From assembly GCF_009914755.1 (NCBI RefSeq), contig NC_060934.1: a stretch of 64,000 nucleotides of DNA; one strand, written 5' to 3'. A program made the position numbers and the translations under genes. How positions within the stretch are numbered: position 1 is the stretch's first letter; every line of letters starts with the position of its first letter. The notes beneath the pieces are model-generated. The model was given only the letters and a program-made list of their open reading frames with translations, had not been told where the DNA came from and ran no database searches. This stretch comes from the human T2T-CHM13v2.0 reference genome, Homo sapiens. Positions 16,948 to 31,518 of this stretch are shown one piece after another.

Positions 16948-17119
16948 ACTCTACCGTATCAGATTATAAGACTGGTTTAAGAATCAAAGATGGGGTCATA
17001 AGAAATTTCAAATATGCATGTTCATTTATAAGGACAATTTAGACTACAATTGGGATTGTTTTAGAACGTTGTCGATTATTATTTAAGGAGACAGGAAATA
17101 GCAAAAACCAAAGAATAAA

Positions 17120-17325
17120 TAATATTTATTGAGTATACTTGATTAAGTGCCGGGCCTTGTGTTCAGAATGTTATAAAATGATCGTGTGTATTCACTATTA
17201 TCAACATCTCTAGAAGGTAGATGTTATTATCTCCATTTTACAGGTAAGAAAATTGAGAATCAGAGATTCCTATATCTTGCCCAAGGTTAGACAATCAGTA
17301 GCACAGCCAGGAGTCAAACCTAACT
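17120..17325 (-). mobile_element. MIR SINE
   Basis: 'ttattatctccattttacaggtaagaaaattgagaatcagaga..cttgcccaaggttagaca..agccaggagtcaaacc'. Confidence 0.75.
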
Positions 17326-17342
17326 AACCCTGTGGGACATCA

Positions 17343-17754
<412 letters not shown>

Positions 17755-18687
17755 GGAAAACTATTATAAACACATTTTTTTTCTGAAGGAGTTCTGTACT
17801 TCTGTACCTGTAATCCATATTTCTTCCCCTCGGAGTAAGAATCTTGTCTGGAGGTGAAATCAGTGCTGATATTGCTACTTCAAATAAAACTACTTTTTGT
17901 TTTTCTGCCAGAGAAATTGTAGAGAGTACAGAAAAATATAGATAGAACAAGGGAGAAATCAATCCAATTGATTCCTGATATTGGTGAAAAATTTAGTCCT
18001 TGGTTTTGGAAATCACATGACCTAAATTTTACTAATTAAGGAATATATGTCACATATAATTTAGTTTTTTAGTCCAAAAGAGAACTATAACAACAGCTGA
18101 TATTTACTAAGTGTTTCCTGAGACAATATTTCAATTATCTACAGTCTTTACCACAGTTCAGCAGGATAGGTGTTACCACTCCTGATTTACAAAAAAGAAA
18201 ACAGAGGTTCTGAGAATAAATTTTCCAAAAGTGGTAGAACCAAAACCCCAGCACAAGTGTATATGACTTCAGAACCTAGCTTATAGGATTGTGAAGAAAA
18301 AAAATAGTAAAAAAGTGGGCTTTTTGTTTCCTTTCTGTTTTTTTTTCTAATCAAGTTCTTCAGATTAATTCAATGGATATGTGTGGGTGTGTTTGTGTGT
18401 GTGTGTGTGTGTGTCCTTTGGAAAACATGTACATTTAAATGGCCGACCAACTTGTGGGGTTTTATACCAAGATGTCAGTAAAAGCTCACTAAAATTATAG
18501 AGAATGTGAAAATCCAATTTAGGAGACAGTAATATAGAAATGTGTTACAATTTAGGCTTGACCAGAACAACAGCAAATGTTTATGTTCTCAAAGTATTCC
18601 CTACCCCTTAGAAGCTTGTCCTCAGCTCTGAATGTGTGTTTATTCTTCACAGATCTTGGTTTTATGCTAGTAGTATTTTGAGGTTTT

Positions 18688-18993
18688 TGTTTTGTTTTGT
18701 TTTTGAGACAGAGTTTTGCTTTTGTTGCCCAGGCTGGAGTGTAATGGCATGATCTCAGCTCACTGAAACCTCTGCCTCCCAAGTTCCAACGATTCTCTGT
18801 CCTCAGTCTCCCAAGTAGCAGCTGGGATTACAGGTCCCCACCACCGTGCCCAGCTAATTTTTTTTGTAATTTTAGTAGAGACTAGGTATCACCATGTTGG
18901 CCAGGCTGGTCTCGAACTCCTGACCTCAGGTGATCCGTCTTCCTCAGCCTCCCAAAGTGCTGGGATTACAGGTGTGAGCCACCGCGCCTGGCC
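18688..18993 (-). mobile_element. Alu (AluSq/Sp-like)
   Basis: Full dimer on minus; TSD GTATTTTGAG(G/A)TTTT at 18673 and 18994. Confidence 0.95.
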
Positions 18994-19016
18994 GTATTTT
19001 GAGATTTTATATATTG

Positions 19017-19203
19017 TTTTGTTTTCTATTTTTTCTTTTTATAGATGAGGTCTCAGTCTGTCACCCAGACTGGAGTGCAGTGGTGCCATCAGAGCACCCA
19101 GCAGCCTCAAGTTCCTGGGTTCAAGCGATCCTTCTGCCTCAGCCTCCCAAGTAGCTAGGATTACAGGCATGCACCACTGCACTTGGCTGAGTTTTTGTAT
19201 TTT
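19017..19203 (-). mobile_element. Alu right arm (AluJ/FRAM-like)
   Basis: 'tctcagtctgtcacccagactggagtgcagtgg...cagcctcaagttcctgggttcaagcgatccttctgcctcagcc'. Confidence 0.85.
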
Positions 19204-20534
19204 GATCTGCACTGTTTTCATTAACTGAGCCAAATTTTGTTTAGAATGACCCCCTAAAGAGAAAGTATACCCTTCAAATATTAGTGGGTTTTGTTACTCA
19301 ATTGCAAAGCTGAATTCTCAATGATGAAATTGTAAGCCCTACTCATTTCTAATGATACCTTTTCTTTAAACAGCACCTGGCACATGCCAGGCTCTCAGTA
19401 AGTGCTGAAAAAATGAGTGAAGCCAATTCAACTAGACTGGGAAGTGTGCAGAGGGCAAGTGGATAAAAAGTTCGAATCAACAAATGGGTGAGGGTTTGGC
19501 CAGCAGGAGGGGCAATGGTGATGGGAGAAGAAATGAAGGTGACCTAGAAAGACTGCATGTCAGGGAAAGAACTGTGACCTGAGCATTTCTTTCCACATGG
19601 ATGCTAAGCCCCAAACCCCTGACTCAACAGATGTGATTTAACTTGAAGGCCAAAATGATGATTGTGATCTCCTTTGTAATGACAGCAAATAGAACAAAGA
19701 AGAGGCAATGTCCAAGGCACGCTAAGGAAAAGCATTTCCCAAATGCACCTGGGAAATAGCAGGAAAATAAAAACAGTCTTGCTTACTTTCAAACTCTGAA
19801 GAAGCCACTGCACTGCTTTTGTCTAAATTTATTGACTGGAGCAAAGTGATTCCATCTAGGAATAAGGCATTGTTAAGAAATTAGCTGATCCTAGTAAGAC
19901 TAGTGTATCCCCATAATAGAAAAAAAAATCAATGACATAATCCTATTTTTTGCAGCATTTCTTTACCTGTGTTATGTTGGAAGGAGCTGGGAAGCTATGT
20001 CAGATGCCATATCTGTGAAGATCCATAGGATCCTGCATGTCTAAAATTTATTGATTTTGGACAAGCCTGAGTTATTCATCTGTGTTTTTAGTCTTTCTCA
20101 ATTTCTATCTACCTTATAATTATATTGCTAAAATTTTGGTAATTCTTTTGTTCTGTCTTCTTTTACTTCTACCTATAATAGGTTTAAATAGCAGCAGAGT
20201 TATTCTGTTTTAGCATTGGTTCTCATAAGTTTAAATTGTAGTGTCTGTTAATTAGCCCCCATCCCCCACATTAGTTTATCTTTTTATTGTGTGTTAGTTT
20301 TTCCTTTTTATCCTGTAAAACAAAACAGAAAAATATAGCTAAAATTGATACTGTTTGCCTTGGTTGATATCCTGAACAAAACACTTTTCAGAAGCACATC
20401 CCTCCTATCTTTTTGCTTCAATATCTTTTCAGTTTTACTATTGAACACTAGATCAGTGACACAGAGACTTCCTTGTATTAAATTCTCTAGCCACAAATAC
20501 AAGGCCTGGAAATGTAAATTGAAATATATATATA

Positions 20535-20821
20535 TTTTTTAAGACACAGTTTCACTTTGCCTCCTAGGCTGGAGTGCAGCGGTGTGATCTCCACTCACTG
20601 CAACATCCACCTCCCTGGTTAAAGTGATTCTCATGCCTCAACCTCCCGAGTAGCTAGGATTACAGGTGCATGCCACCATGCCCAGCTAATTTTTCTATTT
20701 TTAGTAAACATGGGTTTCACCATGTTGGCCAGGCTGGTCTTGAACTCCTGAACTCAAGTGATCTGCCCACTCCTGTCTCCCAAGGTGCTGGGATTACAGG
20801 CATGAGCTGCTGTGCCTGGCT
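20535..20821 (-). mobile_element. Alu (AluSz/Sx/Jb-like)
   Basis: Full dimer, short T tail, 'gaactcctgaactcaagtgatctgccc'. Confidence 0.93.
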
Positions 20822-20989
20822 GCACTGAGTTATTATTAAGCCAGCAACTCTTTCATAGAGCAAAGGTGGTTATAAAGCACTAATAACATTGAGTACATAT
20901 TTTTTTTTCTTCCTCCCTCCCCAAGGAATAGATTATTCCAAATTCTCTAGTTTTAAACTATAGATCTATCTTTGACCACTCTTATTCTC

Positions 20990-23900
20990 AGGTGTAAGGA
21001 CAGGGTCCAGTTTCAGTTTTCTGCATACGGCTAGCCAGTTTTCCCAACACCATTTATTAAATAGGGAATCCTTTCCCCATTGCTTGTTTATGTTAGGTTT
21101 CTCAAAGATCAGATGGTTGTAGGTGTGTGGTGTTATTTCTGAGGCTTCTGTTCTGTTCCATTGGTCTATATATCTGTTTTGGTACCAGTACCATGCTGTT
21201 TTGGTTACTGCGGCCTTGTAGTATAGTTTGAAGTCAGGTAGCATGTTGCCTCCAGCTTTGTTCTTTTTTCTTAGGATTGTCTTGCTATACAGGCTCTTTT
21301 TTTGGTTCCATATGAAATTTAAAGTAGTTTTTTTCTAATTCTTTGAAGAAAGTCAATGATAACTTGATGGGAGTAGCATTGAATCTATAAATTACTTTGA
21401 GGAATATGGCCATTTTCACAATATTGATTCTTCCTATCCATGAGCATGGAATGTTTTTCCATTTGTTTGTGTCATCTCTTATTTCCTTGAGCAGTGGTTT
21501 GTAGTTCTCCTTGAAGAGGTCCTTCACATCCCTTGTAAGTTGGATTCCTAAGTATTTTATTCTTTTTGTAGCAATTGTGAATGGGAGTTTGCTAATGATT
21601 TGGCTCTCTGTTTGTCTATTATTGGTGTATAGAAATGCTTGTGATTTTTGCACATTGATTTTGTATCCTGAGACTTTGCTGAAGTTGCTTATCAGTTTAA
21701 GGAGATTTTGGGCTGAGACAATAGGGTTTTCTAAATATACAATCATGTCTTCTGCAAACAGAGACAATTTGACTTCCTCTCTTCCTATCTGAATACCCTT
21801 TATTTCTTTCTCTAGCCTGATTGTCCTGGCCAGAACTTCCAATACTATGTTGAACAGGCATGGTGAGAGAGGGCATCCTTGTCTTGTGCCAGTTTTCAAA
21901 GTGAATGCTTCCAATTTTTGCCCATTCAGTATGATATTGGCTGTGGGTTTGTCATAAATAGCTCTTATTATTTAGAGACATGATCTGTCAATACTTAGTT
22001 TATAGAGTTTTTAGCATGAAAGGGTGTTGAATTTTATTGAAAGCCTTTTCTGCATCTATTGAGATAATCATGTGGTTTTTGTCATTGGTTCTATTTATGT
22101 GATGGATTATGTTTATTGATTTGCATATGTTGAACCAGACTTGCATCCCAGGGATGAAGCCGACTTGATCGTGGTGGATAAGCTTTTTGATGTGCTGCTG
22201 AATTCAGTTTTCCAGTATTGTATTGAGGATTTTGCATTGATGTTCATCAGGGATGTTGGCCTGAAATTTTCCTTTTTTGTTGTGTCTCTGCCAGGTTTTG
22301 GTATCAGAATGATGCTGGCCTCATAAAATGAGTTAAGGAGGAATCCCTCTTTTTCTATTGTTGGAATAGTTTCAGAAGGAATGGTACCAGCTCCTCTTTG
22401 TACCTCTGGTAGAATTCAGCTGTGAATCCATCTGGTCTTGGGCTTTTTTTTTTGGTTAGTAGGATATTAATTACTGCCTCAGTTTCAGAACTTGTTATTG
22501 GTCTATTCAGGGATTCAACTTCTTCCTGGTTTAGTCTTGGGAGGGTGTATGTGTCCAGGAATTTACCCATTTCTTCTAGATTTTCTAATTTATTTGCATA
22601 GAGATGTTTATGTATTCTCTGATGGTAGTTTGTATTTCTGAGTGATCAGTGGTGATCTCCCTTTTATCATTTTTTATTATGTCTATTTGATTCTTTTCTC
22701 TATTCTTCTTTGTTAACCTGGCTAGCAGTCTATCTATTTTGTTAATCTTTTCAAAAAAACCAGCTCCTGGATGGATTGATTTTTTGAAGGGTTTTTGTGT
22801 CTCTATCTCCTTCAGTTCTGCTCTGATCTTAGTTATTTCTTGTCTTTTGCTAGCTTTTGAATTTGTTTGCTCTTGCTTCTCTAGTTCTTTTAATTGTGAT
22901 GTTAGGGTGTCAATTTTACATCTTTCCCACTTTCTCCTGTGGGCATTTAGTGCTATAAATTTCCCTCTAAACACTGTGTCAGTTGTGTCTCAGAGATTCT
23001 GGTACGTTGTGTCTTTGTTCTTATTGGTTTCAAAGAACATCTTTATTTCTGACTTCTTTTCATTATTTACCAAGTAGTCATTCAGGAGCAGGTTGTTCAG
23101 TTTTCATGTAGTTGTGTGGTTTTGAGTGAGTTTCTTAGTGCTGAGTTCAAATTTGATTGCACTGTGGTCTGAAAGACTGTTATAATTTCCATTCTTTTGC
23201 ATTTGCTGAGGAGCGTTTTACTTCCAATTATGTGATTGATTTTAGAATAAGTGCTATGTGGTGCTGAGAAGAATGTATATTCCGTTGATTTGGGGTGGAG
23301 AGTTCTGTAGATGTCTATTAGGTCCACTTGGTCCAGAGCTGAGTTCAAGTCCTGAATATCCTTGTTAATTTTCTGTCTCGTTGATCTGTCTAATGCTGAC
23401 AATGGGTTGTTAAAGTCTCCTATTGTTATTGTGTAGGAGTCTAAGTATCTTTGTAGGTCTCTAAGAACTTGCTTTATGAATCTGGGTGCTCCTGTATTGG
23501 GTGCATATATATTTAGGATAGTTAGCTCTTCTTGTTGAATTGATCCCTTTACCATTATGTAATGCCCTTTTTTCTTAATCTTTGTTGATTTAAAGTCTGT
23601 TTTATCAGAGACTAGGATTGCAACACCTGCTTTTTTTTTTTTTTTTGGCTTTCCATTTGCTTGGTAAGTCTTCCTCCATTCCTTTATTTTGAGCCTATGT
23701 GCGTCTTTACATGTGAGATGTGTCTCCTGAATATAGCACACTGATGGGTCTTGACTCTTTATCCAATTTTCCAGTCTATGCCTTTTAATTGGGACATTTA
23801 GCTTGTTTACATTTAAGGTTAATATTGTTATATGTGGATTTGATCCTGTCATTATGATGCTAGCTAGGTATTTTGCTCATTAGTTGATGCAGTTTCTTCA

Positions 23901-26267
23901 TAGTGTTGATGGTCTTTACAATTTGGTATGTTTTTGCAGTGGCTGGTACTGGTTGTTCCTTTCCATGTTTAGTGCTTCCTTCAGGAGTTCTCGTAAGGCA
24001 GGCCTAGTGGTGACAAAATCTTTCAGCATTTGCTTGTCTGTAAAGGATTTTCTTTCTCCTTCACTTATGAAGTTTGGCTGGATATGAAATTCTGGGTTTA
24101 AAATTCTTTTCTTTAAGAACGTTGAGTATTGTTCCCCACTCTCTTCTGGCTTGTAGGGTTTCTACAGATAGATCTGCTGTTAGTCTGATGGGCTTCCCTT
24201 TGTGGGTAACCCGACCTTTCTCTCCGGCTGCACTTAAAATATTTTCCTTCATTTCAACCTTGGTGAATCTGATGATTATGTGTCTTGGGGTTGCTCTTCT
24301 TGAGGAGTATCTTTGTGGTGTTCTCTGTATTTCCTGAATTTGAATGTTGGCCTGTCTTGCTACGTTGGGGAAGTTCTCCCGGATAATATCCTGAGGAGTG
24401 TTTTCCAACTTGGTTCCATTCTCCCCTTCACTTTCAGGTATACCAATCAAATGCAGGCTTGGTCTTTTCACATAGTCCCATATTTCTTGGAGACTTTATT
24501 CATTCCTTTTCACTGTTTTTTCTCTAATGTTGTCTTCACCCTTTATTTCATTAAGTTGATCTTCAATCTCTGATATCCTTTCTTCTGCCTGGTCAGTTTG
24601 GCTATTGATAATTGTATATGCTTCACGAAGTTCTTGTGCTGTGTTTTTCAGCTCCATTAGGTCATTTATGTTCTTCTCTAAACTGGTTATTCTAGTTAGC
24701 AATTCCTGTAACATTTTTTCAAGATTCTTAGCTTCCTTGCATTGGGTTACAACATGCTCCTTTAGCTCAGAGGAGTTTGTTATTACCCACCTTCTGCAGC
24801 CTATTTCTGTCAACTCGTCAAACTCATTCTCTGTCTTGTTTTGTTCCCTTGCTGGAGAGGAGTTGTGATCCTTTGGAGAAGGGGCATTCTAGTTTTTGCA
24901 ACTTTCCAGCCTTTTTGCACTGGTTTTTCCTCATCTTCGTGGATTTTTCTATCTTTGGTCTTTGTTGTTTGTGACCTTTGGATGGAGTTTTTGCATGGTC
25001 ATCCTTTTTGTTGATGTTGATGCTACTGCTTTCTGTTTATTAGTTTTCCTTCTGACAGTCAGACCCCTCTTCTGCAGGTCTGCTGGAGTTTGCTGGGGGT
25101 CCACTCCAGATCCTGTTTGCCTGGATATCACCAGCAGAGGCTGCAGAATAGCAAAGATTGCTGCCTGCTCCTTCCTCTGGAAGATTTGTTCCAGAGGAGC
25201 ACCTGCCAGATTCCAGCTGGGGCTCTCCTGTATGAGGTGCCTGTTGACCCCTGCTAGGAGATGTCTCCCAGTCAGGGGCACGGGGTCAGGGACCCACTTG
25301 AGGAGGCAGTCTGTCCATTAGAAGAACTTGAGCGCTGTGCTGGGAGATCCTGCTGGTCTCTTCAGAGCCAGCAGGGAGGAACGTTTAAGTCTGCTGAAGC
25401 TGGCCCACAGCCGCCCCTTCCCCCAGGTGCTTTGTCCCAGTGCGATGGGAGTTTTATCTATAAGACCCTGACTGGGGCTGCTGCCTTTCTTTCAGAGATG
25501 CCCTGCCCAGAAAGAAGGAATCTAGAGAAGCAGGCTGGCTACAGTGTCCTTGTGGCACTGCATGGGCTCTACCCAGTCTGAACTTCCCAGTGGCTTTGTT
25601 TACACTGTGAGGGGAAAACCACCTACCCAAACCTCACTAATGGTGGATGCCCTTCCCTGCACCAAGCTTGGGCCTACCAGGTCGACTTCAGACTGCTGTG
25701 CTGGAAGCAAGAATTTCAAGCCAGTGGACCTTAGCTTGCTGGGCTCTGTGGGGGTGGGATCCACTGAGCAAGAGCACTTGGTTCCCTGGCTTCAGCCCCC
25801 ATTCCAGGGGAGTGAATGGTTCTGTCTCGCTAGGGTTCCAGGTGACACTGGGGTATGAAAAAAAACTCCTGCAGCTAGCTCAGCATCTGCCTAAACAGCA
25901 GCCCAATTTTGTGCTTGAAACTCAGGGCCCTTGTGGTGTAGGTACCCGAGGGAATCTCCTGGTCTGTGGGTTGTGAAGACTGTGTGAAAAGCATAGTATC
26001 TGGGCCGAATAGCACTGTCCCTCACATCACGGTCCCTCACGACTTCCCTTGGCTAGAGGAGGGAGTTCCTGACCCCTTGTGCTTTCCAGTGAGGTGATGC
26101 CCCACCCTGCTTCTGCTTGCCTTCTGTGGGCTGCACCTGCTGTCTAATCAGTCCCAGTGAGATGAACTGGGTACCTCAGTTGGAAATGCAGAAATCATCC
26201 ACCTTCTGCATTGGTCTTGCTGGGAGCTGCAGACCGGAGCTGTTCCTATTCAGCCATCTTGCCCAGG
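20990..26267 (-). mobile_element. LINE-1, L1PA7/8-type: 5'UTR present, 3' end missing
   Basis: 5' GGCAAGATGGCTGAATAGGAACAGCTCCGG; ~1.33-kb 5'UTR; ORF1 remnant 24934-23916; ORF2 from 23852 (MTGSNPHITILTLNV) with several frameshifts. Homology stops at 20990 (KLDPVLTP) with no 3'UTR, poly(A) or left TSD. Confidence 0.93.
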
Positions 26268-26299
26268 CTACATTTAATTTTTTCATGTTAGCCATTATT

Positions 26300-26758
26300 A
26301 TATGAAATTTCTACTCAAATCTTTTCTCCTCATTTTAAAAAATGGGTTGTCTTATTATTATTGAGTTGTAAGAACACATTATTTATTCAGGATATGGTCT
26401 TTTATTGGATTTATTATTTCCAAATATTTTCTCAATGTCAATGTGTTGTCTTTTCATTTCTCTACTGGTATTTTTAAAGTTAAATTTTGATTCTGTCCAA
26501 TTTACTAATAAAAATTTACTGTTACGCATTTTGTGTTCTATTTAAAAATTCTTTGCCTAACCCAAGGACATGAAAATTTTCTTCTTTTTTTTTTTTTTCC
26601 TAGAAGCTTTATATTTTTAACCTTTACATACAGATTCAGCTATCTTGAACTAATTTTTTTATATGGAGAGAGAGATAAATGTATGAATTCATCTTTTTGC
26701 ATATAGACATCTAAATGTCTCAGCACCATTTGTTGAAAAGACAATTCTTACCCCATTG
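26300..26758 (-). mobile_element. Old L1M (L1MD/ME-like) ORF2 3' fragment
   Basis: Degenerate 'gggttgtcttattattattgagttgtaagaa', 'ctttgcctaacccaagg' and 'cagcaccatttgttgaaaagac'. Confidence 0.7.
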
Positions 26759-27049
26759 CTTGAAAATTCATTAAAAATTAACGGACTGTCATTAGCTTTT
26801 GATGGTTCCATACAGCCTGCTGAATCCATTCAAACTCTCCAGCCTGACTTTGTGGCTCTCCCACCCCCAGCCTCAGGGATACATCACAATGTATTAACAC
26901 TCAGTATTATCTTTCACTCCTCTCCATTACTCTGTGTACCAATTAACCTAAATCAGTTGATTCCTAGTATGTGTTATGCTTTCCAATGAAATCTAGTTAC
27001 TTACTTTACAACATTATTCCGCCTCATTTTTAGATGTTTAAATCTTACC

Positions 27050-27300
27050 TATTCATTTTAAATCCCACTTCATGGCTGGCTCTTCTGAGAAGCCTTCCTC
27101 CTACTAGATGGGATCTTTTCTCCTCTGAATGACCATGGCTCTCAACTTGTATGCCTTTGGATATGTGCCATTTTCTATTTTGCATTATAATAGTTCTGAA
27201 AATGCCTGTCTCCATTGTGGAATTAAAAGTTTTTTGAGAGAGGGTTTGATTTGTGTTCAGTTGATACTCAATCACTGTTTTTTGATTGAATGAATGAATA
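27050..27300 (+). mobile_element. L2 3' end relic
   Basis: 'tcttctgagaagccttcc' and the terminal 'ttgattgaatgaatgaa' repeat typical of L2. Confidence 0.55.
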
Positions 27301-30300
27301 ATATTACATGTAACTGCCCTTACAGGTTTAACAGTAAGCTATTTGCTGATAGACTGCACTATCTGAACTCAAAGCCCAGGAACTTTGCTTAAGTCCACAA
27401 AGATTTGCTAATTCTTCACGAGAGAGTTACTGAGTCTGATTAAAATGTGTTTTCTTTTATCAGAAGGGTAAGACTCTTATCTGCTGTTTTCCAAGGTCTT
27501 GGTGACTGTTTTTGAACATGAAGATCAAAGGGCAGTGCCCTTCCCCCCAACCAATTGTAAGACATTTCAGAAAGTTAAATGTGAGGAATATTGTATTCAA
27601 ATGTGAATTATATGAATGTGAATACTGAACAGTATTCACAGTTACACATTTGACATTTTGAAACAGTGGCAAGACAAATGTATTAGATTTACAGGTAGTT
27701 GTGAATGTTTCCATTGCTCAGTCAATATATTTTTTCTTTTCATAGCAACATTTGGAAGGTAGGTGCTCTGACTCACACCTTTTCATTTCTTGGCTTTCCA
27801 AAGAGCCGAGAAAAAAAATTTTTTTGACCCTTGAAAACACTAGATGCATAAGAAAACAGCATGGCAAGGAAACTTACTACATTCTGACTTCAGGAATTTG
27901 CCAGCATGGAAGGGTCTTTTCAAAAGTGAGGTGGAAATTCAGGATAAAACAGAGAGATTTAAAGTAGGGTGATCTGGAGAGTAACAAAAAGATCAGAGTA
28001 GGGGTGGGGAGGATTATGGAAGAAAGAAGAAAAGATGAGATGGAGTGAAGAAGATGGTAAAGTCTTTCCATAGACTTAAATAAGCTTTAGGCAATTATCG
28101 GAACTTTCAAGGGAATTATCTGAACTGCACATCTAAATTTGTTGAGGTTCCCCCATTGTAGCTAGTATCTGGTTAAGGTTTGCCTGGTAAACTTGCTTTT
28201 TTTGTGCCATGAGTGGCTTACAAGTCGAAATGATTCAGTGAAATCTTCAAAGTAAATCTGTGTCCACCAAAGCAGTTCACAGACCTGTTTGCAACTTTTC
28301 TATCCGTCTCCTAGACTATCTCCGATGATGCAGTCTTTGGACATTACATCTGCTATTTGAACACAGAACTCATTTTATCAAAAGAAACAAGAGTGCATTC
28401 CAGTCCACAATTTTAATGAATATCTTGGTAAGGATTCCAGACTCTTCCCTAGAAGATAAAAAGTTAAGTAAGCAAGTCATATACACACCTGGCTTTGACA
28501 ATTGAATAATTAAAGAGATCGGCAAAGATAAATCTTTGGTTGCCAGAAAAATCATTAGAAGCACTATGTTGTTTTGTACATCTTAATGCAGCTCAAAATC
28601 TTAAAAAAATTTCAAAACGGAAATAAAAATATTGAATCACTATGATAATCAGTTTGTAAACTGAAACAAGCAATGAGAAAGAAAAAATTGGCAGATGGTG
28701 GGGGTGGACGAAAAAGTGGCAAATTCACGTGAGTGATGGAAACTCCCAAGTGCTGTATCTTATGCTTGGTACATGAGTGTTTGAGTTCGGGTGTTAGTTT
28801 GTCAATGGCTATGTGTCAGAACTGAGCATAAGGGTTTTTAGATATCCTTTATCATACTCAAACAAACCTTTCTCATTCCACAGTCAGATATTTTAGAATC
28901 CACAAAAACACAGAATTCACTGGGAGGAAACTACTTTGTAGTTACCTGATGAAGCAATAGGAATCACACAACTTTCATTGAACTGCTGGGGGTAAAGTGG
29001 ATTGCTGGCCTTTTATCTTTTATCTCTGAAATTGGCCCCCCAGCAGTAGCTTTGTTAAATCTGACACATCTTGAATTTGCCTTTTTTAAATTGCAAATAT
29101 AGCAGCTAGTGGTTTTATCTTTTTCAGTACCTATACTTCCACATTTTGAAGAGACTATTTTTAATGAGACTATTGTTAGCTACTTTAAAACATGTGGCAT
29201 TCAGTTTTTAACAGGTTCAATTGGACGTCTTCCCCCAAGTGCAGAGGAAGCATTTATAAAACAAACAAATAAAAGGTAAGAGGAATAAATATGGGGTATT
29301 TGTGATGTACGGCGATACATTTTGAAAAGAGCAACATTCATAATAAGAAAGGGAAGTTTATCCAAAACACTGAAAATAAGCAATAACCTGGGTCCAGATA
29401 CTTTTCTATTCTCCTGGCACCTGAAGAAATATTAATTTTATTTTAGCTAGAAAATAAACACACACACACAAAGACACAGACCCATACACACAGCATGTAC
29501 ATTTGTTTTCTAAAGAAAACAACCTTCTGGTTCTGCTTTTTTAATATGAGGCTGACTGAACAATTGTTAATATTTTACTTTTACATTTGTAGATGTTTTA
29601 TCTTAGGAGATAGCTGTCAGATTCAATCAGCTTTTGAAATCGGTTTTTGCAGAAGATAACTTAACTTTAATGTATTGTATTTCCTCCCGCAATTACTAAT
29701 TACTGAAGATTAATGTTTTCAAATAAGGCCTTTTCTCCATATAATCCGTCTCCTCTTCCTGCTTCAATCTAGCAAGAAACCTGCTGAAAGAGGTCATAAT
29801 CCTATTGTTTGCAATATTATAGCCTATGACACTGGGAATGTTTAGGGTGTAATGACTGCAGTAAGAATCTTTGTGAGCAAGTAGAAAGTACAGATCATGA
29901 AAGAAATTAAGTTTCTCTGGTGGGTGATTTAACTGTGATGGGTTTTCTTGTCAGTTTGTTAACAATCTGCCTTTCAATGAATCTCGAAGCAGACTCAAAG
30001 CTGATTAAAAGCAGCATAGACTATAAGTAATATTGTGTAAACACTACCAAAGCGGGAGTTTCTTTATTACTCAGCTCTTATCTCTAAATCACACCAATTG
30101 TGTTAAATCTGACTGAGAGAGGCATGTTCTTCTTGGGTTTGGCCACCATAGAAATTTTACCTGAATTGCAGACATACAGGTATGGACCAGTTATTCTCTA
30201 CTTTTTTAATTTATGTCCACGCTTTTATGATTTTTGACATATATACATTTATTATATAACTTTCACAATCTTATAATTTGTGGGCTTTATTTAAAATTTG

Positions 30301-30404
30301 TTATAATGATCCACTTTCAGTTACATGCATATTTATTTAATGTCTTGAATTAATATTTTGGTGTTGGTAACATTAATATGATCAAATTTTGAGAACTCCA
30401 TTAA

Positions 30405-30760
<356 letters not shown>

Positions 30761-31518
30761 AAATTTTTTTTTTCAGAATGAAGACGGTCCAGAGTTGAAT
30801 GGTGAAATATACAAAACATTTAAGGAAAAGAGCATTGCTTGCTTTATTCCTCAGAACTACTTTGTTGATTCTCATGAAGAAATAAAGAAATCATCTGCAT
30901 TCATTTTTATATACCAAAATCTTATTTATTTTTAAAGCAAATAAGAATCTGTAACAATACAAATGCAATGTGTTAACTCAGTACACATGTAAACATTTAT
31001 TTTTATTTGCAACAATGCAGAACTCTATAAAAACTAATATAGCAACTATAAATGTATTTGGAAAGAGGTTGCTGAATGTTCTTCTGCTGTTGTGGGCTGT
31101 AAAGGTATTTCCTTGCCTCTCTTTCTTGTGATTGCTCAAAAAGCAATCAATGTTGAATCTTAAGAAATTTGTTACTAATTTAGAGTCTTGAAATTGTACT
31201 GAGACACTTCCTTGAATCTAAACACTAATCCCATTGAATTTTACATCTTTTGTAGAGGATAACATTAGATAATTGCATGGAAATGCTAAGGATAATTACA
31301 TTTAAAAGTGTGGAATGACCAACAAATGTAAGATGTGATCGTCATTATGTATTTAAAGTTGAAGAATTAAAAACAAATATTTGTCATTAAAAATAAACCA
31401 ATATAATTAAGGACAATAAGGACTTATAATTCATTGGAAAATAATGGTAATTCATGGGTTCATACTGATAATAGAGAGCTAGCTAGAGAAGCAGAGAAAT
31501 GGTGGAGGAGAGAAAGTT

